The notes: a model not told the origin generated them from the sequence alone. A DNA stretch of 64,000 bases from Bacteroidota bacterium (GCA_022709695.1 JAKLII010000011.1:41620-105619), one strand, 5' to 3'; positions 38,557 through 49,236 are shown, numbered from the stretch's first letter. A program made the numbers and translations.

Positions 38557-39495
38557 TTGTCTATGCCTATTGTTGAACAAAAGTATATCGACCCGTTCAG
38601 CCCGCTGGAGATTCTTGCACGGCAGGTGGTGGAGGGGTTTATAACGGGGCTGCACAAGAGCCCGTTTCATGGATTCTCTGTTGAATTTGCCGAGCACAGG
38701 CTTTACAATCCCGGTGAATCCACACGTCATATCGACTGGAAGCTTTACGGCAAAACCGAAAAGCTGTTTGTGAAGCGGTACGAAGAGGAGACCAACCTCC
38801 GGTGCCAGTTGATCATCGACAACAGCTCTTCGATGTATTTTCCGGTAATTGATAAGGTTACCGTTGAGAATCCCAATAAAGCCACCTTCTCGGTGTATTG
38901 TGCTGCTGCCATCATGCACATGCTCCGGCAGCAGCGGGATGCCGCCGGGCTCTCCCTTTTCAGCAGTGGAATTGAACTGCAAACCCGTTGCCGGTCGAGC
39001 AACGTGCACTATAAATTCCTCTATTCGGAGCTGGAGAAGCTGTTGGATCAGTATCAGCCGGAACAGAAACGGTTAACCTCTGCCGCAAAGGCGCTCCATG
39101 AGATCGCCGAGGCCATTCACCGCAGGTCGCTGGTGGTGCTGTTCAGTGATATGTTTGATACGGAGGCAGATCCCGCAGAACTTTTCGATGCCCTGCAGCA
39201 CCTGCGGTACAACAAACACGAGGTGATTTTCTTCCATGTGGTGGATCAGCCCGGAGAAATAGAGTTTGATTACGACAACCGCCCCCACCGGTTCATCGAC
39301 ATGGAGAGCGGGGAGGTGGTGCGGCTCAATCCCAATGAAATCAGAGAAGAATACAAGGCACGTCTCACCTCATTCCAGAAGGAGCTGAAGGTACGGTGCG
39401 ACCAGTACCACATTGATTTCGTGGAGGCCAATATCCGTATGGGCTTCCGGCAGGTGCTGCTGCCTTACCTCGTGAAGAGGCAAAAGATGAAGTAG
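38557..39495 (+). CDS. DUF58 domain protein (MoxR-associated vWA-like)
   Basis: GLHKSPFHGFSVEFAEHRLYNPGE..RHIDWK and VKRYEEETN. Confidence 0.92.
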   Translation: MSMPIVEQKYIDPFSPLEILARQVVEGFITGLHKSPFHGFSVEFAEHRLYNPGESTRHIDWKLYGKTEKLFVKRYEEETNLRCQLIIDNSSSMYFPVIDKVTVENPNKATFSVYCAAAIMHMLRQQRDAAGLSLFSSGIELQTRCRSSNVHYKFLYSELEKLLDQYQPEQKRLTSAAKALHEIAEAIHRRSLVVLFSDMFDTEADPAELFDALQHLRYNKHEVIFFHVVDQPGEIEFDYDNRPHRFIDMESGEVVRLNPNEIREEYKARLTSFQKELKVRCDQYHIDFVEANIRMGFRQVLLPYLVKRQKMK

Positions 39496-39569
39496 GTACC
39501 CGGCATTTCAGTTCCGGGTGATCAAACTTTAGGAGGTTTTTATTGTTCATTTGAAAAAACAATTGAACC

Positions 39570-40262
39570 ATGAAAACACTTCTTGCTCTTTTAGCGACTA
39601 TTTTATTGCCATATACCCTTTTGGCACAACCGTTTAAGCTAGACTCCCTGCCCTATGCCTACGATGCGCTGGCACCCCATCTGGATGCCCGTACGATGGA
39701 GATCCACCATACGAAGCATCACCAGGCGTATGTGAACAACCTGAACAAAGCAATTGCCGGTACCCCTCTGGAGAAGATGACCCTGACCGAACTGATGCTG
39801 AATATCAGCAGGATGGGAGATGCCATCCGGAACAACGGGGGCGGGCATTACAACCACGACCTGTTCTGGAAGATCCTTTCGCCGAAACCAGCATTGATGC
39901 CGAAAGGTGATCTTATGTCCGCAATCACTGCCCAGTACGGCACCCTTGATTCCCTGAAGCGTGAAATCAACCGGGCAGCGATGGGGCAGTTCGGCTCGGG
40001 TTGGGCATGGCTTGTGCTTACCCCCGATCGTCGCCTGGCGGTGGTATCAACACCAAACCAGGACAATCCGCTGATGGATGTGGCGAAAGTGCATGGCATC
40101 CCGATCCTCGGGATTGACGTGTGGGAGCATGCGTACTACCTGAATTATCAGAACCGCAGGGCAGATTACCTCACAGCTGTGTGGAATGTGATCGACTGGT
40201 CGGTGGTGGCAGAGAACTATGCAAAAGCACTCAAATCACCTATTCTGGACATGCTGAAATAG
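39570..40262 (+). CDS. sodA: Superoxide dismutase, Mn-type signature, with a signal peptide
   Basis: HHTKHHQAY, NNGGGHYNH, NQDNP and DVWEHAYY, preceded by a ~19-aa hydrophobic leader. Confidence 0.93.
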   Translation: MKTLLALLATILLPYTLLAQPFKLDSLPYAYDALAPHLDARTMEIHHTKHHQAYVNNLNKAIAGTPLEKMTLTELMLNISRMGDAIRNNGGGHYNHDLFWKILSPKPALMPKGDLMSAITAQYGTLDSLKREINRAAMGQFGSGWAWLVLTPDRRLAVVSTPNQDNPLMDVAKVHGIPILGIDVWEHAYYLNYQNRRADYLTAVWNVIDWSVVAENYAKALKSPILDMLK

Positions 40263-40271
40263 CAGGAGCCT

Positions 40272-41495
40272 CTACCGTAAAACCTTGTACTGAAGCCCTT
40301 TCTCATCGAGCTTTTGTTTGATGGTTTCGAGCTGACTGGTATCCTGCAGGTTAAAAGTGATGGTGGCCAGCACATACCCCACCGGTACCGATGTCATTGA
40401 CCGGTCGTGGGAGATGTCGTGGATGTTGGCCCTCAGTTTTTCGAGGATCGAGATGATGGATTTGAGCTCCCCGGCCAGGTCCGGGATTAATACGGCGATG
40501 CGGGCCCTGAGCTGTTCGTCCATCATCCCCTTTTCCATCACCTGCTGCAGCAATCCCATGTTGATGTTTCCACCGCTGATGATGGGAACCACATTTCCTT
40601 CGAGATATTTTGATTTCTTGTAGATTACAGCGGCCAGTGAGGCTGCGCCTGAGGGTTCTGCCAGCATTTTGGCCCGCTGCAGCAGCAGGTAGGAGGTGCG
40701 GGCGATTTCGGCGTCGTTCACCACAACCACTTCATCCACATACTTTTTTACAGCCTCGAAGGTTAGGGTGCCCGGGGTCTTCACCGCGATGCCATCGGCA
40801 ATGGTGTGCAGATGCTTCATGGTGGTGATCGCCTTCTTCTCCAGCGAAAGGCTCATCGACTGGCTCCCGTCGGCTTCCACTCCGATGATCCTGATATCGG
40901 GGTTGAGCTGCCGGATGGCAATGGCGATGCCCGCGATAAGGCCACCCCCTCCGATCGGAACTACGATGGCATGGATGTCTTCGAGCTGTGAAAATACCTC
41001 CAGGCCGATGGTTCCCTGCCCTGCGATGATGAGCGGGTCGTTGAAGGGGTGAACAAACGTTCCGCCATTTTTTTCGATGTCCTCCATGGCAGCAGAAAAA
41101 GCGTCATCAAATGTTTCCCCTGTTAGGATCACCTCAGCGCCGTAGGCCCGGGTGGCAATCACCTTGAGGGGCGGGGTGAAAACCGGCATGAACACTTTGC
41201 TTTTTACACCGAATTTCGAGGCAGCATAGGCCACACCCTGTGCGTGGTTACCTGCAGAGGCACAAACCACACCCCGCAGCATCTCATCCTCCGTAAGGCT
41301 GCTGACCCTGTTCAGTGCCCCCCGTACTTTGAAGGAACCGGTCGACTGCAGGTTCTCGAGTTTCATATACACATTGGCCCCCGACATGGCCGAGAAAGTC
41401 TTGCTGTGCTCGAGGGGTGTGGCTTTGATATAGCTTTTCAGCACGGTCTGTGCCCTGATCATATCCGATAGGTGGGGAAGTTCTTGTGCGGTCAT
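40272..41495 (-). CDS. ilvA: Threonine ammonia-lyase with a C-terminal ACT domain
   Basis: KLENLQSTGSFKVRGA (PLP lysine), SAGNHAQG, IGGGGLI and AEPSGA. Confidence 0.92.
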   Translation of the reverse strand: MTAQELPHLSDMIRAQTVLKSYIKATPLEHSKTFSAMSGANVYMKLENLQSTGSFKVRGALNRVSSLTEDEMLRGVVCASAGNHAQGVAYAASKFGVKSKVFMPVFTPPLKVIATRAYGAEVILTGETFDDAFSAAMEDIEKNGGTFVHPFNDPLIIAGQGTIGLEVFSQLEDIHAIVVPIGGGGLIAGIAIAIRQLNPDIRIIGVEADGSQSMSLSLEKKAITTMKHLHTIADGIAVKTPGTLTFEAVKKYVDEVVVVNDAEIARTSYLLLQRAKMLAEPSGAASLAAVIYKKSKYLEGNVVPIISGGNINMGLLQQVMEKGMMDEQLRARIAVLIPDLAGELKSIISILEKLRANIHDISHDRSMTSVPVGYVLATITFNLQDTSQLETIKQKLDEKGLQYKVLR

Positions 41496-41641
41496 GGGTC
41501 TGGTTATTTAGAATGGTACAAAATTACGGTTTAATGATGATCATTGTGTTGCCGGTCGAACAGAATGCTGATTTCTTTGGTATTTTTAACACTGACAAAA
41601 AATCGAAATTATTCATACAAACACACAGAAAATCAATCACT

Positions 41642-42220
41642 ATGGAAAATTCATTGAAAGGAACACGCACAGAGCAGAACCTGCTGAAGGCATTTGCAGG
41701 GGAATCCCAGGCCCGCAACCGGTACGAGATGTTTGCCAAAGCAGCCCGCAAAGAGGGGTACGAGCAGATCGCCAACCTATTTCAGGAGACCGCCAACCAG
41801 GAGAAAGAACACGCCAAGCGCTTCTTCGGCTTTCTCGAAGGGGGCATGGTAGAGTTTACCGCCATGTTTCCTGCCGGTATCGTGGGTACTACAGCAGAAA
41901 ACCTGAAGGCTGCCGCTGAAGGGGAAAACGAGGAGTGGACCGATCTGTATCCCCATTTTGCCGAGATCGCAGCAGAAGAGGGATTTAAAGCCGTAGCCAC
42001 CGCCTTTAAACTCATTGCGAAGGTGGAGGAGGAGCATGAGAAGCGTTATCTGAAGCTATTGCAGAACATCTCAGAGGACAAGGTATTTATGCGTGATGGC
42101 AAGGTATGGTGGCAGTGCATCAACTGCGGCTATGTGTATGAATCGGCAAAGGCACTGGAGAACTGCCCTGCCTGCCTCCATCCGAAGGCCTTCATGCAGC
42201 TCAAACCGGAGAATTATTAG
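41642..42220 (+). CDS. rbr: Rubrerythrin
   Basis: AFAGESQARNRY, EKEHA, ENEEWTDLY, and C-terminal CINCGY...CPAC. Confidence 0.96.
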   Translation: MENSLKGTRTEQNLLKAFAGESQARNRYEMFAKAARKEGYEQIANLFQETANQEKEHAKRFFGFLEGGMVEFTAMFPAGIVGTTAENLKAAAEGENEEWTDLYPHFAEIAAEEGFKAVATAFKLIAKVEEEHEKRYLKLLQNISEDKVFMRDGKVWWQCINCGYVYESAKALENCPACLHPKAFMQLKPENY

Positions 42221-42307
42221 CCGGCATAATCCGTGTTCTGTTTCTTTGAGCTCGCTGACTTTCAATCTGTCATTTATTCTCAGATTGCATTCTGGGATGA
42301 ATAGTTG

Positions 42308-42315
42308 TATTTTTG
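42308..42315 (+). promoter_or_regulatory. -7 box for the SBBP-repeat gene
   Basis: TATTTTTG. Confidence 0.5.
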
Positions 42316-42344
42316 TGCGGTAGTAAGAAATTAATGCAATTCTC

Positions 42345-44032
42345 ATGAAACACATCATATTGTGGGTTTTTGTGTTGATTGCCATGCCTTTGTCCTCCCA
42401 GAAACCTGTTTGGGAATGGGCAAGAACCACCGGTGGGCCAGGGAAATCCTTCTTTAATGGTGTCAATGCAAGCCCTGATGGGTATATCTATGTAACAGGC
42501 GGTTATGGTGATGGATTTATCACCTTTGGTGCTGATACTTTGCAACCATGCGGTGTTCAGTGGGCAGATGTATTCTTAGCTAAGATAAACTCTTCGGGCA
42601 ATGTGTTGTGGGTAAAGACTTTTTGTGGATATGGACATGAATTTGGTAACCAGCTTGCTTTCGACAAGGGGGGCAATTTGTATCTTACCGGGGTGTTCGC
42701 AAGCCCTTATCTGGTTTTTGGTAGTGATACTTTGATTAATTTGCCGGGTACTTCATCACCTGACTATGGTTACCAGTTCATTGTTAAGCTGGATTCTGCA
42801 GGCAACTATCAATGGGGAAAGGTTATCGGAGGGATGCGTCTCATGGGATATTACATTGATGTAGCAGAAGATCATGAGGATAATCTATTGGTTAGTGGAA
42901 TATTCTCTACCCCTTAGTTGTGTTTGGGAGCGACACCCTGATCAATATGGGAAACACAGACCTTTTTCTGGCCAAGTATGATACCAATGGTAATCTGCTG
43001 TGGGCCAGATCTGTCGGAGGAGCAGGTTACGAGGGCTCAAAATCGATTGATATCGATGAAACAGGTCATGTGTTGATTGTGGGCTTTTTTACAAGCAGCC
43101 CTGCCTGGTTCGATACGGTGGCTTTGTTTAATCCGGCAACCACTGGATTGGGAATTTTACAATCTTTCTTTTTGGCCAAATACGATCCGGCCGGCAACTT
43201 GGTATGGGTAAAAGCAGAGGGTGGCCCTGGCAGCTCAGGCGGGGCACAGGTCGCGGCTCATCCTTCCGGAGGCTCAGTGGTTGCCGGTGGGATCCTTGCC
43301 CCTTCCGGTTTAGTTGGAAATGTGGTGTTAGCACCAGTGGGGGAGTCTTGTGCCTTTTTTGCAAAACATGATCTCTCGGGGAATGTGCAATGGGTGCAAT
43401 CGGTTGGAGGTACACTGAGCATCAGTAAAGACGGGGGAACCAATGTTGCGGTTGATCAGAACGGTGATATCATTGCTACAGGTTCGTATTACGGGCCTGC
43501 TTTGATCATTGGCATGGATACTTTGCAAAACGCCAACTACTTACAAGGTTATGATATTTTCATCGTAAAATACAATGCTTCCGGTATTCCCCAGTGGGCG
43601 GCTTCTGTTGCGGGCAGTGGAAATGAACATATTGAAGATCTTTGTGTTGACTTTTCGATGAGCACTTACATAGCAGGATTATATGGTTGTCAGATGCTTA
43701 TAATAGGGCAAGACACCCTTGTGAACAACCAGCAGCACAAGGGGTATATTGCAAGACTAAGCGAAACCACAGATATTACCGATCCAAAAATAGAATTGTC
43801 TGAAATTCAGGTATATCCCAATCCTTTTACCGAACAGGTTTTTGTAGTACTGCCCAAAGGGTTGCCTGAGGTTGTTTGGGAACTGTACGATCTGCATGGA
43901 AGGTTATTGTTTCATGGGAGACTCCTGGAAACAAACCGCATTTTTCTGCATGATTTACCAGCAGGGGTTTATGTGTTATCGTTGGCCGATCAAAAAATGG
44001 CAGTGACCCAAAAGCTGATCAAAACCAGATAA
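42345..44032 (+). pseudogene. Frameshifted T9SS type A cargo with SBBP-like beta-propeller repeats (~562 aa if repaired)
   Basis: ORFs 42345-42917 (signal peptide) and 42920-44032 (CTD VYPNPF) join if one C is added to the C4 run at 42910-42913, giving FSTPLVVFGSDTLIN. This parallels the earlier repeat FASPYLVFGSDTLIN. Confidence 0.85.
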
Positions 44033-44042
44033 GGATAATAGA

Positions 44043-44107
44043 AAAGCCCGCCCTTAAAGTTACTTTCTGTTGGTTTGCCTATGCATGTTTCCTTAGGGGC
44101 GGGCTTT
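44043..44107. terminator. Long-loop inverted repeat, probable bidirectional terminator
   Basis: AAAGCCCGCCCTTAA ... TTAGGGGCGGGCTTT between convergent genes. Confidence 0.7.
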
Positions 44108-44146
44108 CACCGTTGTTTAAATTGCCGGAAGCAAAAAAGGAGTGGT

Positions 44147-44470
44147 TTATTGAATGATCAGTTTGCCCGATTTCAAGGTTTTATTTTGATCCACCACCCT
44201 GTAGAAGTAAAATCCTTTATCCAACAGATTAACGGGAAGCTCGGTAATGGTATTGCTGTTAACAGCACTTCTGCCCATCAGCTTGCCGGTATAAGCATAG
44301 ATTTCAATGAAACATCCCGATGGCATCGCTGTTCCTTCTGTTACCACAAATAGCATGTCAGTAGCTGGGTTCGGATACACATAAATCGTAGATTCCGGGT
44401 TTTCTTTCAGATCGGAAGTGCTCATCTGCTTTATGGTGGCATTTGCACTGCTTACCTGTATCAATGAGTC
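44147..44470 (-). pseudogene. Orphan C-terminal fragment of a T9SS cargo gene (linker plus CTD only)
   Basis: ...STIYVYPNPATDML...IYAYTGKL...GFYFYRV...GKLIIQ. There is no signal peptide, and the ORF's first residues derive from the repeat beginning at 44471. Confidence 0.75.
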
Positions 44471-44772
44471 GATGAGGTAAATGCCAAGCATGCTTCTGGG
44501 GCTCTGTCGTTTACTGAACCACATAGCAACATAGGAATCATAGCCACATAGAAAAAGCTATGATCCTATGTTGCCTATGATGCAATGTGGTAAAAGAAAA
44601 TCAGTGCAAATCTTAATGAATCCGCGTCATCGGTGTTTTATTTTAACATTCAGACATTAAAACCATATAAGACATATAAGAAAATATAAGGTTTCATATA
44701 AGCTTAAATGTCTTAAATGACTTCTTAAATGATCTTATAGGTTAAAAATCAACACATTTACACATTTCCACA
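44471..44772. repeat. Modular intergenic repeat element, copy 2; left ~160-bp direct repeat (44471-44629)
   Basis: Aligns with 49778-49937. Contains a CATAG-type palindrome at 44518-44591, the constant arm with an empty hairpin site, and the CATATAAG palindrome plus (ACACATTT)n at 44656-44772. Confidence 0.9.
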
Positions 44773-46476
44773 TCATTCCTTCACCACTTTTTTGGTGATT
44801 ACAATTCCTTTTTCTGTGGTGACTTTTAGGATATACATTCCTGGTTTCAAGTCCGAAACATCCAAAGTAACGAGTTGGATTTCGGGTCTGAGAGTTGCCA
44901 TGAGTTTTCCCTGCAGGTTATACATTTCGGCCTTTGAAATCCTATCGTGCAGGAGGTTTAAGCTCAGATAAAGAACCTCATGTGCAGGATTTGGATATAC
45001 GATCATTGGCTCGTATTTCAACAGATTCAACTCCTCCATACCAATATGCATCAGGGTATCGATACAGCCGGGCATTACACAGCCAATGCTGTCGGTTTTT
45101 GCCAGCCAGGCACCGGCACCAACACCCGTAATCAGAAAACCCTCCGATTCGGCTTTCCTTAGATTGTATAAAAATTCACCCCAATACGGAACCCAACGGC
45201 TCCAAATTTCATTGCCCAAAGTGTCGGAGCAAAACAGGTACACTCCCGAAAAACCATTGACCTGAGAGGCAATTACAATATTCCCGGCTTCATCTTCAAC
45301 AATCCCCATGGGTGCTGCTGATGCCAGATATAAGCCATTAGGATGCAGGTATTTTCCATGATATGCCTGCAAAACAATATTTCCATTTAAATCCATTCTT
45401 CCGAAGTGGATATAACCCCATCCCACCGGATAGGTGGAATCACCATCGGTAGTAGCAAACAGAAAACCGCCATTTTTACTTTGGTTAACACAAAGCTTAT
45501 TGATAATGAAATCAAGAGTCTTGTCAAATATCTGAGTCCAGGATAAATCCAAACTGCTGTCAAGCTTGAGTAAATAGTATTTTCTGTTAAAGTGGGCAGA
45601 CCAGGTTGGGTCATTCTTAAACTCATTATGACCTGCAAGCAAATACCCCCCATCCTCGGTTTTCACAATGCCACTGCACATTACAGCGGTTTTATGTCCT
45701 CCTCCTACAAAGAATCGCTTCATGTTAATAATGTTGGCATTGCTTTCGAATTGCACAATGGTTACAAAAGTGGTGTCCCCATAATACAGGCTGTCATAAC
45801 CAAAATGTCGGCTTTCGGAAACAGTATAGGCCTGGGTGGTAAACCGGCCGTCGGCCTCAGGCAGCAGGTCCACAGACCAGATCAGTCCGCCAAGGGAGTC
45901 GGGCAGTTCCACAATCTTACTCCAGATGAGGTTTCCTGCGGTATCGAGCTTGATAAAAAAAGTTTTTTCATCTAAAAAAATCTGAGTACTGTCAAATGAG
46001 ACATATTCACCCATTGAAAGCAAATTTCCGTCTGAAAGCATGATCAGGTTATGCATATAGGTCCGGAATTGGTTGAATTCTCCTAAAGAATCTTTCCGAA
46101 CCCACACTTGATTCCCAGTTTGGTCGAGTTTCATGATAAAAGGTTTCCAGATGCTGGTTTTCACCGCACCGGGCAGCTTGTCGCGGTACTCACCGTTCAG
46201 GTAAATGTACCCATCCATCTCCAGGGCATCCGTGCCATACACATTTACGTCGTAATTCGACAGGGTAAAATATTTATGGATGACGTAGGAGATCTGCAAG
46301 GTTTGTTTTCCGGAGCCCGGCGCGAAGAAAGGAATTTTTTGCGATGGCAGTTGTTGTGGGTATCCATCGCCCTGGCTTAGCTTACCAGGCTGAATATAGG
46401 GTGAAGGCACCCGGACCTGTGCGTGTAAACCTATGGAAATCAAAAAGAAGAACAGAGTAAAGAGTATCTTTTGCAT
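44773..46476 (-). CDS. T9SS type A sorting domain protein with a probable beta-propeller; function unknown
   Basis: 567 aa with a signal peptide, repeated ..K(L/T)D..GN..W motifs, and the CTD VYPNPAHEVL...GMYILKV...KKVVKE. Confidence 0.85.
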   Translation of the reverse strand: MQKILFTLFFFLISIGLHAQVRVPSPYIQPGKLSQGDGYPQQLPSQKIPFFAPGSGKQTLQISYVIHKYFTLSNYDVNVYGTDALEMDGYIYLNGEYRDKLPGAVKTSIWKPFIMKLDQTGNQVWVRKDSLGEFNQFRTYMHNLIMLSDGNLLSMGEYVSFDSTQIFLDEKTFFIKLDTAGNLIWSKIVELPDSLGGLIWSVDLLPEADGRFTTQAYTVSESRHFGYDSLYYGDTTFVTIVQFESNANIINMKRFFVGGGHKTAVMCSGIVKTEDGGYLLAGHNEFKNDPTWSAHFNRKYYLLKLDSSLDLSWTQIFDKTLDFIINKLCVNQSKNGGFLFATTDGDSTYPVGWGYIHFGRMDLNGNIVLQAYHGKYLHPNGLYLASAAPMGIVEDEAGNIVIASQVNGFSGVYLFCSDTLGNEIWSRWVPYWGEFLYNLRKAESEGFLITGVGAGAWLAKTDSIGCVMPGCIDTLMHIGMEELNLLKYEPMIVYPNPAHEVLYLSLNLLHDRISKAEMYNLQGKLMATLRPEIQLVTLDVSDLKPGMYILKVTTEKGIVITKKVVKE

Positions 46477-46491
46477 GGTAAAAAGTATAAG

Positions 46492-46518
46492 GGCGGGGAC
46501 TGTTCCACAGCCCCCGCC
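46492..46518 (-). promoter_or_regulatory. GC-rich intergenic stem-loop between tandem T9SS genes
   Basis: GGCGGGG-a-CTG-ttcca-CAG-c-CCCCGCC. Confidence 0.55.
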
Positions 46519-46528
46519 GGAGGAATGT

Positions 46529-49236
46529 TTATTTGCGTATTACAAGTTTTTCGATGCCAACCGGTTTTCCCTGATTGAATATGGTAATCAGGTAAACTCC
46601 ATTGGCAAGGCTGTTTACATCCAGTTCAGTACTGGTTCCCTGAATAGATTGCCGGATCAGTATCCTTCCGGTGAGAGATCCCTCACAGAAATTTCAGTTC
46701 CGGGTACATCGGTAATTATGGAGACTATGGGGGTTGTACCTGCTGGGTTGGGAAAAACAGTTGGCTTGCTCAGGATTGGTTCCTTCGGTGTTTTCCCGAT
46801 TCTTGGCAAATAAGAAGTAAGATCGGATGAAATCAGACCAAAGGAGTACCCCAGATAGGCCTCCAGGATTGACAATGCCACACTGGATGCCACGGTGGTT
46901 CCAAATGCCATGTCGATCAGCTGGTTGATATCATCCTGTTGCAATTGGGTGAAATCTCCTCCGTAGGTGAAGTACACCAGATCAAGGAGTTCGAAAAGGA
47001 TATCACAGGCATCTGTTTCAAAAGTATCGGTGGCTATCTGGTACAGCACCTGTTTGTAGGTATCCACATTCGATGGATCCAATACTTCATAATAGTGCAA
47101 TATCAGTGAAAAGATGCTTTGAAAATCACCATCACTATCAAGAGCACCGATGATACCATTCACATCAATCAGGGTGGTGTCGGCATCAAGATAATAGTTG
47201 TGCAGCTCATTTCTGGCCTTTCTCAGCTCTTTTTTATTATAGGCTACCTCCATTTCATACATTTCGTATTGGGTAAGGGAATCGGCTGCCAGAAAGATGG
47301 CATTCAGGCTCTGTTGCGAAAGGGTGTCGGTTCGGTTTGCCAGTGCATCCCTTACGGCACCGTTTTTAATACCATAGGGGTTTTGAAGCAGGATATCGGC
47401 CACAAAAACAGCCGGCATGGCCTCTTTTGCCGCCATAATGGCAAGTACATCATAGCTTGGGTTTTGCGACATAAACTCAGCATAGGCATAGATGTAATTG
47501 GTTGAATCGAACGTGTTGGCAATATTCAGCATATAGGCATGATTGCTACCGTTTGCGTAATTCTAAAAATCTCCAAGGGCTGCCACATAATCTGAGGCAG
47601 TACTGAAAATGTTCCCCACAATGGCAGGCAATTCTGGGTATTGGGATGGAATTCTCGATTCGCAGTGGGGGTAGAGGTCCTGATCATCTGTAATCCAAGA
47701 ATGCTGAGTAGGTTGCACATGGTTAGGTATCCCGAAATTGTTCTGGTTTCCGGTGTAGTATTCGATATAATACCAGGGAGAGCCTGAGGTAAATTTGGGT
47801 TCCATGTATACGATATCGCTAAGGTTCCATGGATTTTGCCCCTGGTGGTTGTTAAAGAAGTCCCGTTCAGAGCCGGTGGCCAGAGGGTAGGGTCTTTCAA
47901 TGATATTAAATGCCGGAGAGGTGGAATACCCGGTCATGGACCCACCCTGCATTCTTGCCACACCATACACCGGATCATTTAGCCCGGCCGGTTCCACAGA
48001 GGCGCTCAGGGCAAAAAAGTCATCGGTTTTTATTGGGACCAGAGTGTTGCAAAAGCATCGAAGGCCGTCATCATCAGGTTGGGTAGGGTGTTCTATTCCT
48101 CTGTTTTTGTTTAGGGCCTGGATACTGTAGTAACAATCGGTAACTGTATTGCGATACAGTTCGTTTGATTGGCTACCGGAGTTCACTACAACGATACCGT
48201 AAGTATTTTCAAAGTTACCTTTATTGTTGCTTACTTCGATCTCATTCCCTTCTACCTGAAAACCAGAGCATCCGTTAAGATGTATACCATACTGTTTAGG
48301 AGAGGTGCAAGGTGAGCTTTGGCAGTCAATTGCCAATTGAATCTGATTGTTGAAAAGATCCAGGTTTCTTGCAGCAATAGCCTGAATGCCAACTCTTTCT
48401 ATTTGCGGGTAATATACATTCTGAAAGATACCATCTCTTACGGTTACTTTAATTGTGGGCAGGTACCCATTGTCGATATAGACCCCTTTGGTGCAATCTA
48501 AAAATTGGTTTTTAATAGGTGTATAGGGGGGAGTAGTATTGGGACTGCTTTTTATGATGGCAGAAGAGCCAATAATATGGATTCCGGTGAAAAAATAGTC
48601 AGGATAGGCAACGTTATCGAATGTACATCCCAATACCTGAATGTTGTTAACCCGGTACATATATACTCCGATAGTACTGGCATTATATCCGCCAATGAAT
48701 TCAGTCTCTATGATACGGCTTTTATCGTTTACATAATTTCCGGTAAGGTCTGTAGGTCGGTAATTCGAGAACCAGACACCTGTCTCGAAGCCTTCGATTA
48801 CACATCTGTCCAGAATAATATAACCACCGGTTCGGGTATAAGGATTGCTGTACCAGTTATTCACAGGATAACTGGCATTCAGAATATAGCATTCTGTTAA
48901 TCTGAGTTTAGGTTGGGCGGGTGATCCAAGCTGGGGATAGGCATCCCCCAAGCCATCCATGGAAATACCATACCACAGACCTGTTGAACTGATGAAATTC
49001 ACCCCTCCTGCCCGAAGGGACCCATCGGGTCGAATAATGATTCTGTTTGTGCCTGAATTCACAAAATCGACGGTTACGCCAGGATCAATACGTAATTCGG
49101 CACCATTCCAAATCCAGAGATTTCCATTAATCGTCTGGTCTGAACTCCATGTGGTATTTGAATAAATGTATACATCCTGTGCATTGACAAATATAACAGA
49201 AAAGAGAAGAAATATCAACAAATTTAGTTTTTTCAT
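46529..49236 (-). pseudogene. Doubly disrupted T9SS cargo: right-handed beta-helix-like N-terminus, acidic helical region, CTD (~901 aa if repaired)
   Basis: An in-frame TAG at 47563-47565 gives ALGDF*NYANGSNHAYMLNI with both ORFs in the same frame. An extra TC in (TC)3 at 46673-46678 shifts the frame; removing it restores VRDLTGRILIRQSIQGTSTELDVNSLANGVYLITIFNQGKPVGIEKLVIRK* ending at 46529. Confidence 0.88.

Noticed and set aside
44147-44524. 125-aa ORF as an intact gene
   Set aside because: Its first ~18 codons come from the repeat element and it has no signal peptide, so I treat it as a fragment.
47563-47565. TAG read as pyrrolysine or reassigned
   Set aside because: TAG terminates valS, rimM, sodA and rbr normally, there are no pyl genes in the window, and the gene has a second independent lesion.
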